Shown: piece by piece, positions 25,662 to 39,365 of the stretch
How the letters are laid out: every line of letters begins with the position of its first letter
Position numbering within the stretch: position 1 is the stretch's first letter
Source of the DNA: Gonapodya sp. JEL0774
Taxonomy: Eukaryota
Length of the DNA stretch: 64,000 bases
Reading direction: 5' to 3'
Assembly (NCBI GenBank): GCA_027604505.1
Contig: JADIIX010000003.1
Span: forward strand, 186,001 to 250,000
Program-made: the position numbers and the translations under genes
The notes under the pieces: model-generated
What the model saw: the letters and a program-made list of their open reading frames with translations, nothing else
Told to the model about the DNA's origin: nothing
Database searches by the model: none

Positions 25662-28600
25662 ATGAACTCGCGGCCGCCTCCGAATCCATATCCAACTCCC
25701 CCGGCGCCCGCTGTGACTCCATTCCCTGCTCACCCAGTGGTTCCCTCAATCGCCAACGCAGGGCGGCAAACTGTTGCGACAAATTTACTAGCGCAACGTC
25801 GGTATAGCTCTGGCAAAAATCCAAATACGCGAGTGCCCGCTGTCGGAGAAGGGTTTGAGGAGGTCGATGTCGACCACGAACGTGAGCCGCTAAGAAGACA
25901 GACAGCACGAGATGCGATGGAAGCGCGTTTAGAGGAAATGGAGCGCGGTGAGCACGGATGTTTAGTTTCGCGTAGTTTGTGTGCCATGTCTTGCTACTGA
26001 TGTCACAATATTCGGGGATTTCACAACAGACCTCGAGCTTGCTGCGCAATATGGTCGCACTCTCCTCGCTGAGAACGCTAGACTTCTCACTCTCCTCAGA
26101 GAATGTGCTTTGCAACAAATCTCGCAGTCGACGAAAGAGGCGGCAACCACGCCCTCGTTGACCTCTCATGCTTCTTCATCTGAATCCACCCCAAACTCAC
26201 GCTACATACCATACTATTCCATTTCTCACTCATCCCTTATCGACCCGAATCACCCCCACGGGTCTGAAACGTTTTGCTCTCCTCCGGCTCCACCTCCTGC
26301 CCCTCCCCATACCCCTCCGCAACCTTGCTTGACGTGGCTGAAACCGCCTCCGCCTAGACTACTGAAAATAAATCGAACGAAGCGATCAAGCTCTGCTTTG
26401 GTGACAGAAGCATCGTCTCATGGTGACTTGAACGAGCTATATGCTGCTACTAGCGCACCCTCGCGTGGTTCATCCTCCTCCTCGGAATTCTTCACGCCTT
26501 ACTCTCAAATCGCTCCACCAATTATTAATGATGTTGATGCAACCCTTCCAAAAAAGTTTTCTCCTCCGGATGTCTACCCACGAGTTTCACCAACCCAACG
26601 ATTCCGCCGCGCAACTGCACCTGCACCGCAAGCACATCGAGACGTGACTAAAGAATATCTGCATGACGTGGATAGTCTGCATTCCTCATCATCTTCCAAA
26701 TTCCGTTCTTCTGAGTTAGAATCGGCAGGGAGCCCATGGGAGCACACAAGGTCACATCAACGCCCGCTGACCGCTGCCCGACTGCATCGAGCGGAGGAGT
26801 ACGCCGTAATGCTTGAGGGTGAGATTTCTGACATGCGAGAAGGTGAGTTCAGCAAGGTCTGAGGTCGAGGAATGGCAAAAGCTTTTCCTGTCCGAAATAA
26901 TAAGCCCCTGTCGATCCTCACCAGCCCTAACTTCCCTCCGCGCTACTTCTGCCCACCACCGCCGGCGAGCGGACTTACTCTCTCGCGCTCTTGATGAAGC
27001 TCGTCGTGCGTTGGAAGAGGCGGACGAGCGGACGAGCGATTTCAGTAACGGGCAAGTATCGGTGGATCACGTGGACAAAAGAAAGAAGCTGCGATCTGTG
27101 ATTGGCAGTGGCTTTAGTGGAGATCACGGATTGATAGAAAACATCAGTGAGGGAAGCGCTCTGAGTGAGGATATTTGGATCTTTCCGGGAGCTGCCGTAA
27201 CTGAGAATCATGCTGAGGTCCCACAATCAACCGGTGCTCCCGCAAATCAGTTGAAAATCAGAGAAAAGTCTGAAATGTTCGTCGTTGTACCTCCAGCCCT
27301 TCCACTTTTGTCAGGTGTCCGTCAGCTGTCGCAATTTCAAAGTACGGAGTCAGAAGTCCTGGCAGACTCTGTGTCCTTATGGAACGCTTCCCAGGACCCT
27401 GCTGAAAGCGAGACAGCTTCTATGACTCCTGGCATTATGGTTGAAACTTTGCTCCGTTCCAACCGTTATGTGGACCCTGTTTCCACAGACTGGACAATCG
27501 AAACGCCGCACTTGCCCCCGCTTCCAGCCATCCTTCCGATTATGCTTGATCCGCACCTTCCACCTTTTCCAGAGCAGAGTCAACCAGAGCAACAGATACC
27601 ACAGGCTACTGGGGAGGACACGTCAAACCAGTTTGAGTTGCAGCCCAACAATCAGACATCATACCCATCCGAGGTACCTCCGATCGCTCATGAATTTTGC
27701 TGCGAGCTTCCTTCGGTTTTTTTATCGTCCACCGAAGCATTGCCTGCGAATGGAAACAGGGACCGAATAATGAAACTCGGTAGTTCCACGAAAGTTTTGA
27801 CTCCTGGTAGGGGATCAAAGCAAGAATTAGAAAGAAAAAATGAGCAAGCACCAGCTCAAATCTCTGTTGTGGAGCAGTATGGGGACGCCTCGTTTGCAGA
27901 TGCAGAATTACCGAAAGACGAGAGAACATCAATGGAGCTGAACCAGAGTATGAATGGTAGACCGATCAACACTTATCCCATGGTAGAAATACACCGTGAC
28001 TGGACGGCGAGTACTGGAACGCGAACACTTGCTGACGAACTTCAGCACATCGGCATGTACCTTGAATCCGCGGATGCTCCGACGCTTGCTGGTTATACTC
28101 CCAGGAACATCTGCGGTACTGCGAAGCCTGACATCGTATCTGTCCCTACTCTACGCATACGCCAAGCCCTAGGATCTTTGAACGCTTGGTTTCGCGTTAT
28201 TTCACCTTCCGGCAGTGGGTCGCACGAACTTGACACATTTATCGATCTGGGCATCGACTCGGAACTCCCGGACGACACATCCCTCCCCCCGCAGATGGGA
28301 TTACGCCATACTCTCCGGGCACCTCCGAATTGCACAACCACCTCACACTCCAATTTAGCCTTTCCCACCCCAGCGGAGCTTGCTCACAACACCTTGTTGG
28401 TGTTATTGGATCCGACATTGGCAGACGTCGTGATGCGACACGTGGGGGTACCTCGTGGAGGAAGGACTTGGAAAGTGGGACTCGGTAGAGGGCGAATGGT
28501 GGAGATTGAGGTTATTGGGGGGTGGGCCAGGGTCTTCGTGGGATGTGTAGGTGAAGAAGCATTGACTGCCTTCTCTGGTTCACGGTTAAGCTTGCACTAT

Positions 28601-28690
28601 GCTCCAATGTTTGGAATTTGGCTAAGGACACAAGATAACTTTTCGGTATGGAAATGGTTGCTTGGTTTGAAAACACGACTCAATTCATAG
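25662..28690 (+). CDS. Uncharacterised low-complexity protein with N-terminal CC1-box (AAxxG) coiled coil
   Basis: Removing intron 25948-26029 gives LEEMERDLELAAQYGRTLLAENARL; second short coiled coil at about 26790-27030; long Pro/Ser-rich last exon. Confidence 0.65.
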
Positions 28691-29051
28691 TCTGTATGTT
28701 GATGATGTATGTGGTGTTTTTTTGTTACCGAAGTTATGCCAGCTAAATCGTGATGTGTGCTCTCTGACTAGCATTCTAGACTATTTCGAAGTTCGCAAGG
28801 CTGGTAATTACGTATATGGATCATGTTTATGACAAGGCTCAAGTGCACCTTTTGAGATTCCTTGCTGGCTCCTAAATGCAACTCGCAATTAGTGACAATC
28901 GAAAGGATGTGAGTTTTATACTATATCGTCGACTCCCATTGATAATATTTATAAGTTGGAGTCAGATAATGTACCAGTTCTAATAATGTTCAGTTCATTG
29001 GTGTTGCTAAGAAGCAAATCTCTTTCCTGTCTTTTTCGAGTTCTCTACCGT

Positions 29052-31527
29052 CTACACAGTGTGTTGGTGTGCATCATTGGGATTCGCAACTGCAGTGTCC
29101 TCGCTAGGCTTTTTAATAGATGCAGGTGTTGAGGGGCGCTCTGCAGGCGGTGGGCCCATTTTCAAGCTGTTGGGGTGCGGGTCTTTGTTGAAGTGTGACC
29201 CAAAGTATACGATGGCCGCGAATACTCACTCCTCACGTGAAAGCTGGCCGATGGAGCCCATTGACTCCACATAGTCATAGCTCACTTCGCCTGTTGTGGT
29301 CAGTCGAGGATTGTTGAGAAAGGCATCATTGAATACCATGAGACATTGTCCACTCACCCATTTCGGCTTGGTCTGTCCCAAGCAGCTCAGATTCTTGCGG
29401 AAGACGCAGTTGTAATCTGAGAAGTATGTAGTTTGAGCGGGCTCATTCCCAACTCCTTGCTGCACTTCAAATCAACTCACCCTGGAACCTTCTGGAAAAT
29501 AGTGACGATCAAGTAGGTCACGACAAAACTCCATACCGCAGCCGCTGCAACACCAGCCAATTGCTTTGGCACTTGGATCCAGTTCCCATCGATCCACCCG
29601 AGCCCGGATTGACTATCAACGCACAGCATAACTGCATCAGTCGCTTCGGAGAACTGGTCTACAATTAAGTCAAGTATGAGAACAAAGCAATTGTGACTAG
29701 TCACGCCGGAGGAATGACAAACAACACACCAAGCGCTTTGACGTATTTCTGTGCAAAAATTCCCGTCAGAATGGTTCCACACACTCCACCCACACCGTGA
29801 ACATTGAAAGCATCGAGGGTATCGTCTGAAAAACAACAGAACCGGTACATCGCTTTTTGAGGTTGTTCAGCAAATGACGAGTAGCCTTACCATATCCAAA
29901 TCGAGTTTTCAATCGGACAAAGCCATTTGTGACGGTGCTAGTGACTGCCCCGACCAGAATCGACGCTGGGACAGTGACAAATCCCGCTCCGGGAGTTATA
30001 GCGACCAATCCAGCTGCCAATACGATCTCGTAGAATGAGGCGTGCATAGTACGTCATGAAGGTGTGCGTCTTCAAACTTACCGACAGCCCCTGAGCAGAA
30101 TCCCAGTCCAGACAATTTCTTGTGGCCCAAATAGTCCAGAATCAACCAGACTAGTCCGCCAGATGCGGCTGATGTGTTCGTCGCAGACCTTGAGAATGCG
30201 CCCAATTAGCTTTTGAGAGTCCCTTTTGGACATTTTGACGACGGACGTACATTGCACTGGCAGCCCGGGTGGTGGAGGCGAGGCCAGCACCAGAGTTGAA
30301 GCCGAACCAGCCAAACCACAGAAGAGCTTTAAATGTTCCATAGAAGGAATACGTGTCACCGGATTTGATAAGCCGTTTAGAGTTGAAGATTGTTCGAACC
30401 TGTACCCAAGAACACGTTCGCAATCGAAGAGGCCTTGAAATCGTCCAAGTGCTTCCGTCGGCCGACAACTAATGCCTACAAGATGCATGAAAGCAAACGG
30501 AGTTGATAAATTCGCCAAACGTACAGGCAACCCGTGGCTGGAAGCTTACCAGAGCAAGTCCAGAGAACCCGGAGCACGTCTCAACTGCTGCTCCTCCCGC
30601 GTAGTCCAGGTAACCCATTACACTAAGCCAGCCATTTGCTGACCAAGCCCAGTACGCGATGGGACCTGGTGCGTTTTGGGATAGTGCGAAAAGTTGCCCA
30701 CCGACTTATCGCAATCTCCATGTCAGTGCGGACTCACAATAGACAAATGTGACCCAAATGAACACGAAGACCATACAAGGCATTAATCTGATTCGCTCAG
30801 CTCCACTACCAAATACGATCGCAGGTGTGATGATTGCAAACATTAATTGATCTTGAAGATCAACGTCAGTTATTGTTTAAACTCCCCAAGGGTAGCGTCA
30901 ACAAGCACACGGATCCTTACATAATTGGAAAGTCATGGTTGAGACTTGTGGGTAATTGGAAAGGGTGACGAGTCCCACGTTCCGGAACAAACAATACTGG
31001 TTTTCGAGCGCGACTCTCTTTAATGAGATAGCCACCAGAAGAAATGATTGACACCAAACACTCACTTCACAGTTACCCCAGAAAGCACCACCCGTGTCAC
31101 TAAATGCCAAAGAGAATCCGAAAACCAACCACTGTAACGTGACGACGGCGCAACAGAGGAAGCAGAGCATGATCAAGGATAGTGCATTCTTGCTTCGTGC
31201 CACTGTGGAGACATCACTGAGCCGACGGTCTGGAGAAGTTGTCCGTTACAAAAGGGGCTGATACGAACTTCCGGAATAGAAATAGCCCAGGCCCGGAGTC
31301 CTGTCATCGGAACGATGAGTTGTCAAAACAGGTCGCTATTCGAGGCCAATCGCTCCACCAGCTCACATTAGAAACACCAGAACTGCGCAAAACATGACAA
31401 ACATTGTGTCTGGACGAAGATGGCAGATGGTGGAATGAGCATGACTCCAGAAAAACGTTTCTAAACGATGATGCGCACCGCTTCCCGACGGAGGACCAGA
31501 CACTGGCGCCGGACAAGGGTCAGACAT
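29052..31527 (-). CDS. Ammonium transporter, Amt/Mep family
   Basis: TPGLGYFYSG, ARSKNALSLI, QWLVFGFSLAFS, FAIITPAIVFGSGAER, LDYAGG, LLWFGWFGFNSG, AGLVAITPGAGFV, DDTLDAFNVHGVGG; many introns. Confidence 0.95.
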
Positions 31528-32872
31528 GTTCCCGGATGGCGAGTCAGCGATTGGGTGGAGAAAGGCTGTTGGCAACTATCCGACTTAGTGATGGCCGAGT
31601 TTTGTCGTTTTCGATAGCCAAAGAGTCGTCAAACACGCAGAAAGCCTCCGGTATCGTAAAATGTTCTATCTGTGACTTGAGTCTTGAAACGATGGGTAAT
31701 CTTGAGAATTGGGCTAACAAAGATTTTTCTAGGTGTTGGCCCCTCACTGCCCCTGGCTGCCTCATCTATGCCCCTGGCAACGCCGAACCCGAAGCGCAAC
31801 AGAAGGAAAGGCTCACAGCACACTCACTAGTGCTCTGCATCAAATTACAACAAGAACAGTCTGAAAGATGAGGTTTCTTTCCTCACTTGCCGTTGGGTTT
31901 CAAAGACCGCTGTGGCATTCGCCGGAACTGGGTTGTCTCCCGCACTGAAACTCCCCTACCTACTCCGCATTTAATGTACCTCCCTCCCGTCGTACGTGTT
32001 TGACGGAGGCAGTGTTCCTCCCGGCTGCCAGGCAACATGTCAACGGAAAGTGCAATCACTCACTGTTCACTGTGGATGGGGCCATGGATCTTCTGCCGGA
32101 TACGTCTGTGTTAGTGTTATAGTTGAGCCTACATCGCGTCCCGCTGCACTTTCCTCTGACTTCTCTTCAGAAACGCAATCATACGACTGCCCTGGGCAGA
32201 GATACTGCGGGTCTGTGACCTCATCGTCGGTTCCCACACCATCTCGATCACTGGCTAGCTTGCCTTGAAACCACAAGCGATAAGAGGTTCAACACTCAGA
32301 TACAATCACTTTGTGCATCATGATGCTATGTAGCAAGCTTCATTGCCCCAAATGGACGGACGCGGCAGCGATCATGTGTGGGTACTTGGAATGTTCATCC
32401 CCATGGTAAGTCCCCATCTTCACCATTTGTCACAGTTCGCCGAAGAAACTACTATACTCTGGAACGGGCTTACCTATTCTTCTGTCAGGGATTGAGGGAC
32501 ATTTTTGGACTCGTGGTGAGGACAAGGATCAGTTCACCAGGGTTGAGCGGAGAATTCAACATGTACGAGCTAGTGTGCAATGCATGTGCATTATCACCAG
32601 ACTACGAAGACTACGTGCACTTGTGTCTTTGCAGTGAGCCCATTAGCATTGATGAATATAGCGTTGCACGGACTGCACCCAGTGACAGAGTACCAGTTTC
32701 CAATGCAATGACGCTCTATACACAAGTACATTCCCGGCGGATTTCTCAGAAATTGATTGGTTGCGAGTCCTTGTCTGTGTGGCGACATGACGATTCACAA
32801 AATCACATACACATAAAATCCATCACCAACGCTCCGATCCGAAATTCAGACATTCCGAAAAATACCCCCACA

Positions 32873-34649
32873 ATGCTCCGTATTGCATCCCGTGCAACTC
32901 GCTCTGCCCCCTCCCTCCGCCAGGCCGCTGGGCTTATCAACGGCCGTTCCAGCTCCGTGCCGAAACCAGCCGATACACACTCTACTCGATTTGCCACGCA
33001 ACCAGTTCCTAAAAGAAGCTTTACCGTAACAACGGCATCTGGTGAGTAGCCAAGATGGAGTATGGACAAGCGACGAAAAGCAATCGACGAAAAGCAATCT
33101 TATGTTGGACTTCTTTTGACATTGCTGGTGAAGCAAGAGATGTGGTAAGCTCTAGTCTACAGCTCGCAGCTCACGTGACAGCAACTGCAACATAGAGACG
33201 CAATTCGATTGACTCGGATGGTCGCGTGACAGTAATGCATTTTCATTGCACCCACAACCCGTGAATCTGTCCACCATTCTTCACTTTCGGGTCCAAAACC
33301 CAAATTTTGGTCCATCCTGCCGTACGAAATCTAGCATTTATTTACCTTTCTGCTCTCAGCCACTTCTGCCAAAGAATCCCCTGCCCCCACCCCACTCACC
33401 CTCACCCCATCCCCCAAAACATTCACCTATCTCCTGCTCTCTCACACCGGCTCGACCAACCCCCGCGGTGTAGCTCTTGTCTCTCTCAACCGTCCCAAGG
33501 CCCTTAACGCTCTCTGTGATGGTCTCATGCGGGAGCTTGGTGAGCTGCTCAGGACACTGGACGCGGACCCAGAAGTCAAGGCGATTGTGCTTACTGGGAG
33601 TGAGAAAGCCTTTGCTGGTGAGTAAGGAGGATCTGGAATGGAAGGAGATGGGGTTCTCATTTGATTTTGGAATGGTGTGTCTCCAAGCGTGGGCCGGTTC
33701 AGAGCGCTACATCTCATCCTGTATTGCAGTGAATTTGTCTTTTTCGTGATTCCACTCATTGCTACATACTCTCGCTCATCTTCTTTGTGGAGCCAGCTGG
33801 TGCCGACATCAAGGAGATGAGGGATCTCACGTACGACCAGGTGATCAATGAAAACTTCATTGCACATTGGGCTGATATTGGCAAGATTCGGAAACCAGTG
33901 ATTGCTGCCGTGAATGGATTTGCTGTGAGTAACGGAATCCTGAGTTGCCTTGCCCACAAGAGATGTGCGCAGGAGAGGATTCGATCCTACCTCATTCTTT
34001 GCATCTGCCCCTTCGACATTCATTACATTCGCAATCTCACAGCTCGGTGGTGGCTGCGAGCTTGCCATGACATGTGATATCATCTACGCCGGTGAAAATG
34101 CCAAATTTGGACAGCCGGAGATCAAATTGGGAACCATTGCGGGAGCTGGTGGCACACAGAGGCTTACGCGGGCCGTGGGCAAAAGCAAGAGTATGGAAAT
34201 GAACCTTACGGGGGACTTTGTGAGTGCTAAGGAAGCGGAACAGGCAGGGCTGGTCAGCAAGGTGAGGTCGCGAAGAGGGAGTACCGTGTTTGCTTTTAGC
34301 CTGATGTTGGTGAATCGAATTACAGGTGTTCCCTGTGGACAAAACGGTTGATGAAGCATTGAAGCTTGCTGACAAAATTGCGCAGATGTCACTTCCGGTG
34401 ATTATTCTCGCCAAGGAAGCCGTGAACAAAGGTGTGTGCATTCCGTCACAAATATCCTTGTTGTCCCCACAACGTAATACGCGGCTCCTCTTCACCCGGT
34501 TGAAATATATTGAAGCCTACGAGACCACACTAACAACCGGCTTAGATTTCGAACGCCGTTCGTTCCAAGCATCCTTTGGTCTCTATGACCGGAAGGAGGG
34601 TATGACAGCATTCGCTGACAAACGAGCGCCAAAGTTTGAGGATAAATAA
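32873..34649 (+). CDS. ECHS1: Mitochondrial short-chain enoyl-CoA hydratase
   Basis: Presequence [42 protein letters not shown] / [43 protein letters not shown]. Confidence 0.93.
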
Positions 34650-34913
34650 TACCGCTTGAGGAAAAATATATTGACTCTTCGCGACGCTTCAGTGCCGATT
34701 CGAGAGTGAGAGCTCCTTTTCTTGTGCAATACAACACAGCATTATTGGCCTTACACACTGGAATCAAACGTCAAACGATTCCGACTGCCAGCAAGTACCG
34801 AATCGAATGTGAATATCGTCGATCGCATCAGACTCTGATCATCCGCTTAACTGAACCTCTCGTCGGCATTGCTCTGTACCACGGCCTGAACTCTGCGACA
34901 ACGATCCAGCGGA

Positions 34914-37900
34914 ATGGCCGCTGCGATCGCACTCCTTCCTTCCTCTGTCCCTTCACTCCCTCCTCTGCCATCCACCCAGCCTTCTTCCGCATCTCCTGGA
35001 CCTTCCTCCGTCTCCACCTCAAACCTCGAGCTCGAGCTCATTCTCAATAAAATCCGATCCGTGGTCTACGCATCCCGTCTCCGTGTTGCAGAACTCTTCA
35101 AAGACTTCGATCGTCACCGTTCGGGATATGTGGCTCGATCCCAGTTCATTCGGTGTGTTCACATTTGTGTCCAAAAAGCGCATTCCCATTCGGCAGTGTC
35201 GGATAGAGAATGCGCGCTGCTGGCAAAAGCGTACGACCTGAGGGGAGACGGCACTGCCAAGTACACACTCTTTGTAGACGCTATTGATCACGGTGAGTTA
35301 CGAAACTAGAAACCCGGAGGTGTCACAGGATAGCATGCAAACCTTCTCGTGGAGGAGAAGTTGTGGTACTTGAGGCTCAGGGGTGTGCAGACTGCTTTCT
35401 CAATCTTCGAGAACAGAACCAGATTGGATTATTGGTGGAGTTAGTGACGCAATGTGCAGACAAATCTGCGTACTCCATTCCATTTGCCGAAATTAAGACG
35501 TGCTTCATCTAATTTTTGTGCACCAGTGTTTGGTCCGAAAAACCTTGAAAGTCGGCCCACTGCGTCGGTTTCCCAGGCGTCCGACATTCTTACTCCTACT
35601 CGTCCTCAACTCTCTCCGGACTCGGAGCTCCTTCTCTCTCATATCCTTGGCAAACTCTCGACTTTCGTCAAAGGTCACGGCACTGACGTAAAGTCATGGT
35701 TTCAGGATTTCGACAAGCACAATTCTGGATACGTCACAAAGAACCAGTTCAGCAGGGGCCTTCATTTTGTTCTGGGTACCCCTACATTTCAGATTAAAGA
35801 AGGCGATCCAAACTGGCGCAAGGGCATGTGCGAGGAGTACCTCGTGGACCTTCTTTCCACATGTTATGGGGACCCTGTCACCAAAACCGTCAACTATTTT
35901 AAGCTCAATGTGGATGTGAATCGGTTGAGTGAGTTCCAAGACCGAGAGTGCATTCGTCTTAGTTTAGAGAGCAGCAAGTTCCTCCACCACGACACACTGA
36001 TGACATCATTGTGTCGTGCCCTGCAGACCGACAGAAAAAATTAGCAGAGCGTGCAGCCGCCCAAGTTAGTAATCGTCCAACCCTCCATCCGCTTCCCAAC
36101 GGCCAGGTATCGCCCACGTCTCAGATTTCGGGTGTGTCGGGTGAAGGGCTCCATCGCGACACGCATTTCGTGCCTGTGGGCACGGAAGAGCTGTATACTG
36201 AAGAGTACATTGAGAATTTGGAAGGAACTACCGATGAGGAGGAGGATCCATCTGCCAAGAAATACGGAGAGCCGGACGCAGCTGATGTGGCTGAAGTTGC
36301 TCGAATGCCAGCTTCATCGGATGCTCCATTCAAGGCGGATGCTCAGGGACATGGGACAGGGTCCACTCCCAACCCCGCGGATAAGGGATTCCACTGGCAA
36401 ATGATGGAGGAAAAGGACAAGCAGGTGGCGGAGATCGAAGAACGTCTGAGAAAGCGTACGTTGTAGCACTTGTTTGATAATCTCTTGAAACCTTTCAAAT
36501 TTCTCGCTAAGATGGAGTGATCCCGTTACATCGTAGTCGTGTTTAAAGATCGGCTTCGGCTTATCGACTTCTTCCGATATTATGATCGGCACAATCACGG
36601 TCATGTGACCGAAAATCAATTCCGATCCGGTTTGAAACTAGCGTTGCAACAGTATGGGGCAGGTATAGGTATCGGGTGTGGTAACTTCTACTTGGGAGAC
36701 GACAAGGAAATGGCCAAACTCGTCGCTAAGTACAAAGCCGGTGAAGGAGGGGGAGTAGTGAGAGTTGACTACCGCAAGTTCTGCAAAGCTATTGATGAGA
36801 GTGAGTTTGTGCATGAGCTTGTCAGTGAGAAATTCGCAAAAAAGCATGATCATTCTTCGCAGTTTTCACCTTTTCAAAGCTGGAAAGCAACCCTCTTGTG
36901 GACGTTCACCCGCCACCTCGAGAGTATCTAGTCAGGCAGACAAACGAGCTGAGCCCTCTGGATGCAGCGAGATTTGGTGAACTTATTTCACGAATCCGTC
37001 ATGAGATCCGCCGACGGCGTCTTTCTTTGCTCCCCTTTTTCAAGGACTTTGACAAGTATTTCGGAAACATTGGTCGCATTACGAGGAGCCATTTTGCTCG
37101 ACTCTTGTCCACTTTGAAGTTGGAAGTTGGTGATGGTGACTTGCACTTACTATTCAGAAAGTTTGAGGATTCAGCGCGGGGAAAGATAAATTACATGGAG
37201 TTCATCCGCATGGTGGACGACGATGAAGGAAGTTTAGGTGGGCACCCGTCACATTTGCATTTAAGTGCTGCATGGCTCAATCATCCCCAAGGCACGACGT
37301 TGTCTCCACGGGAAATTCAGGAAGGGAATAGCGAATCAACCCCCCGCAGTCGACCTTATGCCTCGCTGCTCTCAATTCTGCGTTCACACGCACTAGAGCG
37401 ACGCCTCCGAGTAGATGAATTCTTCCGTCATTTTGACCGACTGAGGCTTGGCATCATTCCTCGGAACGAATTTATTCGAGGGTTGAGTACCATGTTGGGA
37501 GGAGCGCAAACTTGGGCCGGCGAAGAGTTGCAGGTCATGGCAGAACATTATCAGGACAAAGATAAAGAAGGGCGTGTCAAATGGAAGGAATTCAAAGATG
37601 ATGTCGAAGTTGGTGGGTTCTCCATAAATGCAGCATTCAATTTATCTGAACAAACGACACCACATAATGCGAACAGTGTTTGGACCATCTCATCTGGAAT
37701 CCAATCCTTTGTTTCGTCCCCTACCGCCGATTGCACGAGAGCCTTGTGGGCTTGCCAATCTTCTTCCGTCAACGGATATGTCTTTGCTAGCTGTAACTCT
37801 AGGGAAGATCACATCAATTTTTCAAAGCCGCCACATCCAGTCCCCCAAGCCATCTTTCCGTGACTTCGACACTCTTTGCAGTGGCACGGTCACGCGCGGG

Positions 37901-39242
37901 CAATTTCGGCAAGTTCTTGGTTGGTGTGGAGTTCAGCTAACAGACGAAGAGTTTGGGGTCATGTGCAGACGTTATGGTCGATTTACCGGCAAAAATGAAC
38001 CCGTTGGGAAGGACGGCGTTCGATTCTTACATGACCGACCCGAGCGCGTGGGATACGAGGCTTTTCTGAAAGAACTTACGAATGAAGAAAGCGGTACGAG
38101 CATCGATACAATGAAGCACGTCAGCTTTGAAAGACACGATGGTCTCCTCGCCTCGAAACCAAGTGAACCACAAGGGCGGAAAGAGAAAGAGAACCGAGGC
38201 GACAGATGCGCAAACCAATCACCGCCTTCAGACAACCTCACCGAAAACTCGAACGTCGCTATTTCCTCTGATGTACCTGCTTCCGTCCTTGTGCCACTCA
38301 ATCACAGTCACGCTTATCCTGTGCATGGCCATTCACACCACGCTCCTGGTGTTGATGTAAACAAGCTCGTGACTCGGCTCAAAGCCCAAGTCAAGACGCA
38401 GAGGATTCGTGTGATTGAGTTCATGCGTGATTTTGATCAGTTAAGGCACGGCACGATCACCAAGGATCAGTTTAGACGAAGTATGAGGATGTTAAAACTG
38501 GATCTAAACGAGGTGAGGGATTGAAACTTCCATACAATGCATTCTGGTTACTAATGTCGGCAATCGCGCGTTGCAACGCAGGCTGAGCTCCAAGCACTTC
38601 TCAACCTCTACTTAAATGAAACTAAAGATAGAGTGAATTACATCCGCTTTTCTGATGACTTTGAGTCCGTCTTCACGAGTGAGCTCTGATATTTTTCCAA
38701 GATGAAGCAAGATGTCCGAATGAATCTTTGATGCCCTTTTGTTTCAGCCAAGGGGATGGAAAAGAATCCCTTGCTAGAGCCGGCACAATTTGATCTTTAC
38801 TACCATGATACACCGGACGATGATGAGGGGCGTCATGTTCTCACAGAAGATGAGGAGCAACATGTCCATGCGATCATCGCTAGGTTCGGTAAAAAAGTGA
38901 GGGAGAGGAGAATGGATCTTCTGCCATATTTTCTTGACTTTGATCGAGCTTTGCACAATGGTGAGCTTTCGCAAAGAATCAAGAAAGTTGGCAACTGCTG
39001 AAGAGTGCCTCCCATGTTCTACAGAAACTCTCACTCGAAGCCAATTTAGATCTGTCTTGGGGACCCTTGGGTTTCCGGTTACGGATGAAGAGTTTGAAGT
39101 CTTGGTAATGAAATTTAGCGTGACTCAGCTTGACGACGTGGACTATATGGATTTCGTTAAAGAGGTTGAGGGAGCTGCATACTTGAATGAGAACAAATGG
39201 TGGACAGGCATGTGGACAGGGTTTCCATTGCAGAACTCTTGA
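34914..39242 (+). CDS. Multi-EF-hand repeat protein, probably flagellar/axonemal
   Basis: Eight repeats of consensus Rh.hF.DFD..r.G.hT..QF.R.L, each followed by a second degenerate EF-hand (V.Y..F). Confidence 0.8.
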
Positions 39243-39365
39243 GTCTTCTTTGTATGCAAGAATTGTAACAGTAATGAAATACCTGCCTGCGATAACAATG
39301 TTCGCAGGACCTCTAGCTGGTTGTGAGGGGTATAAATCTGAGTACGGCAACCCAACTGTGCGGAA

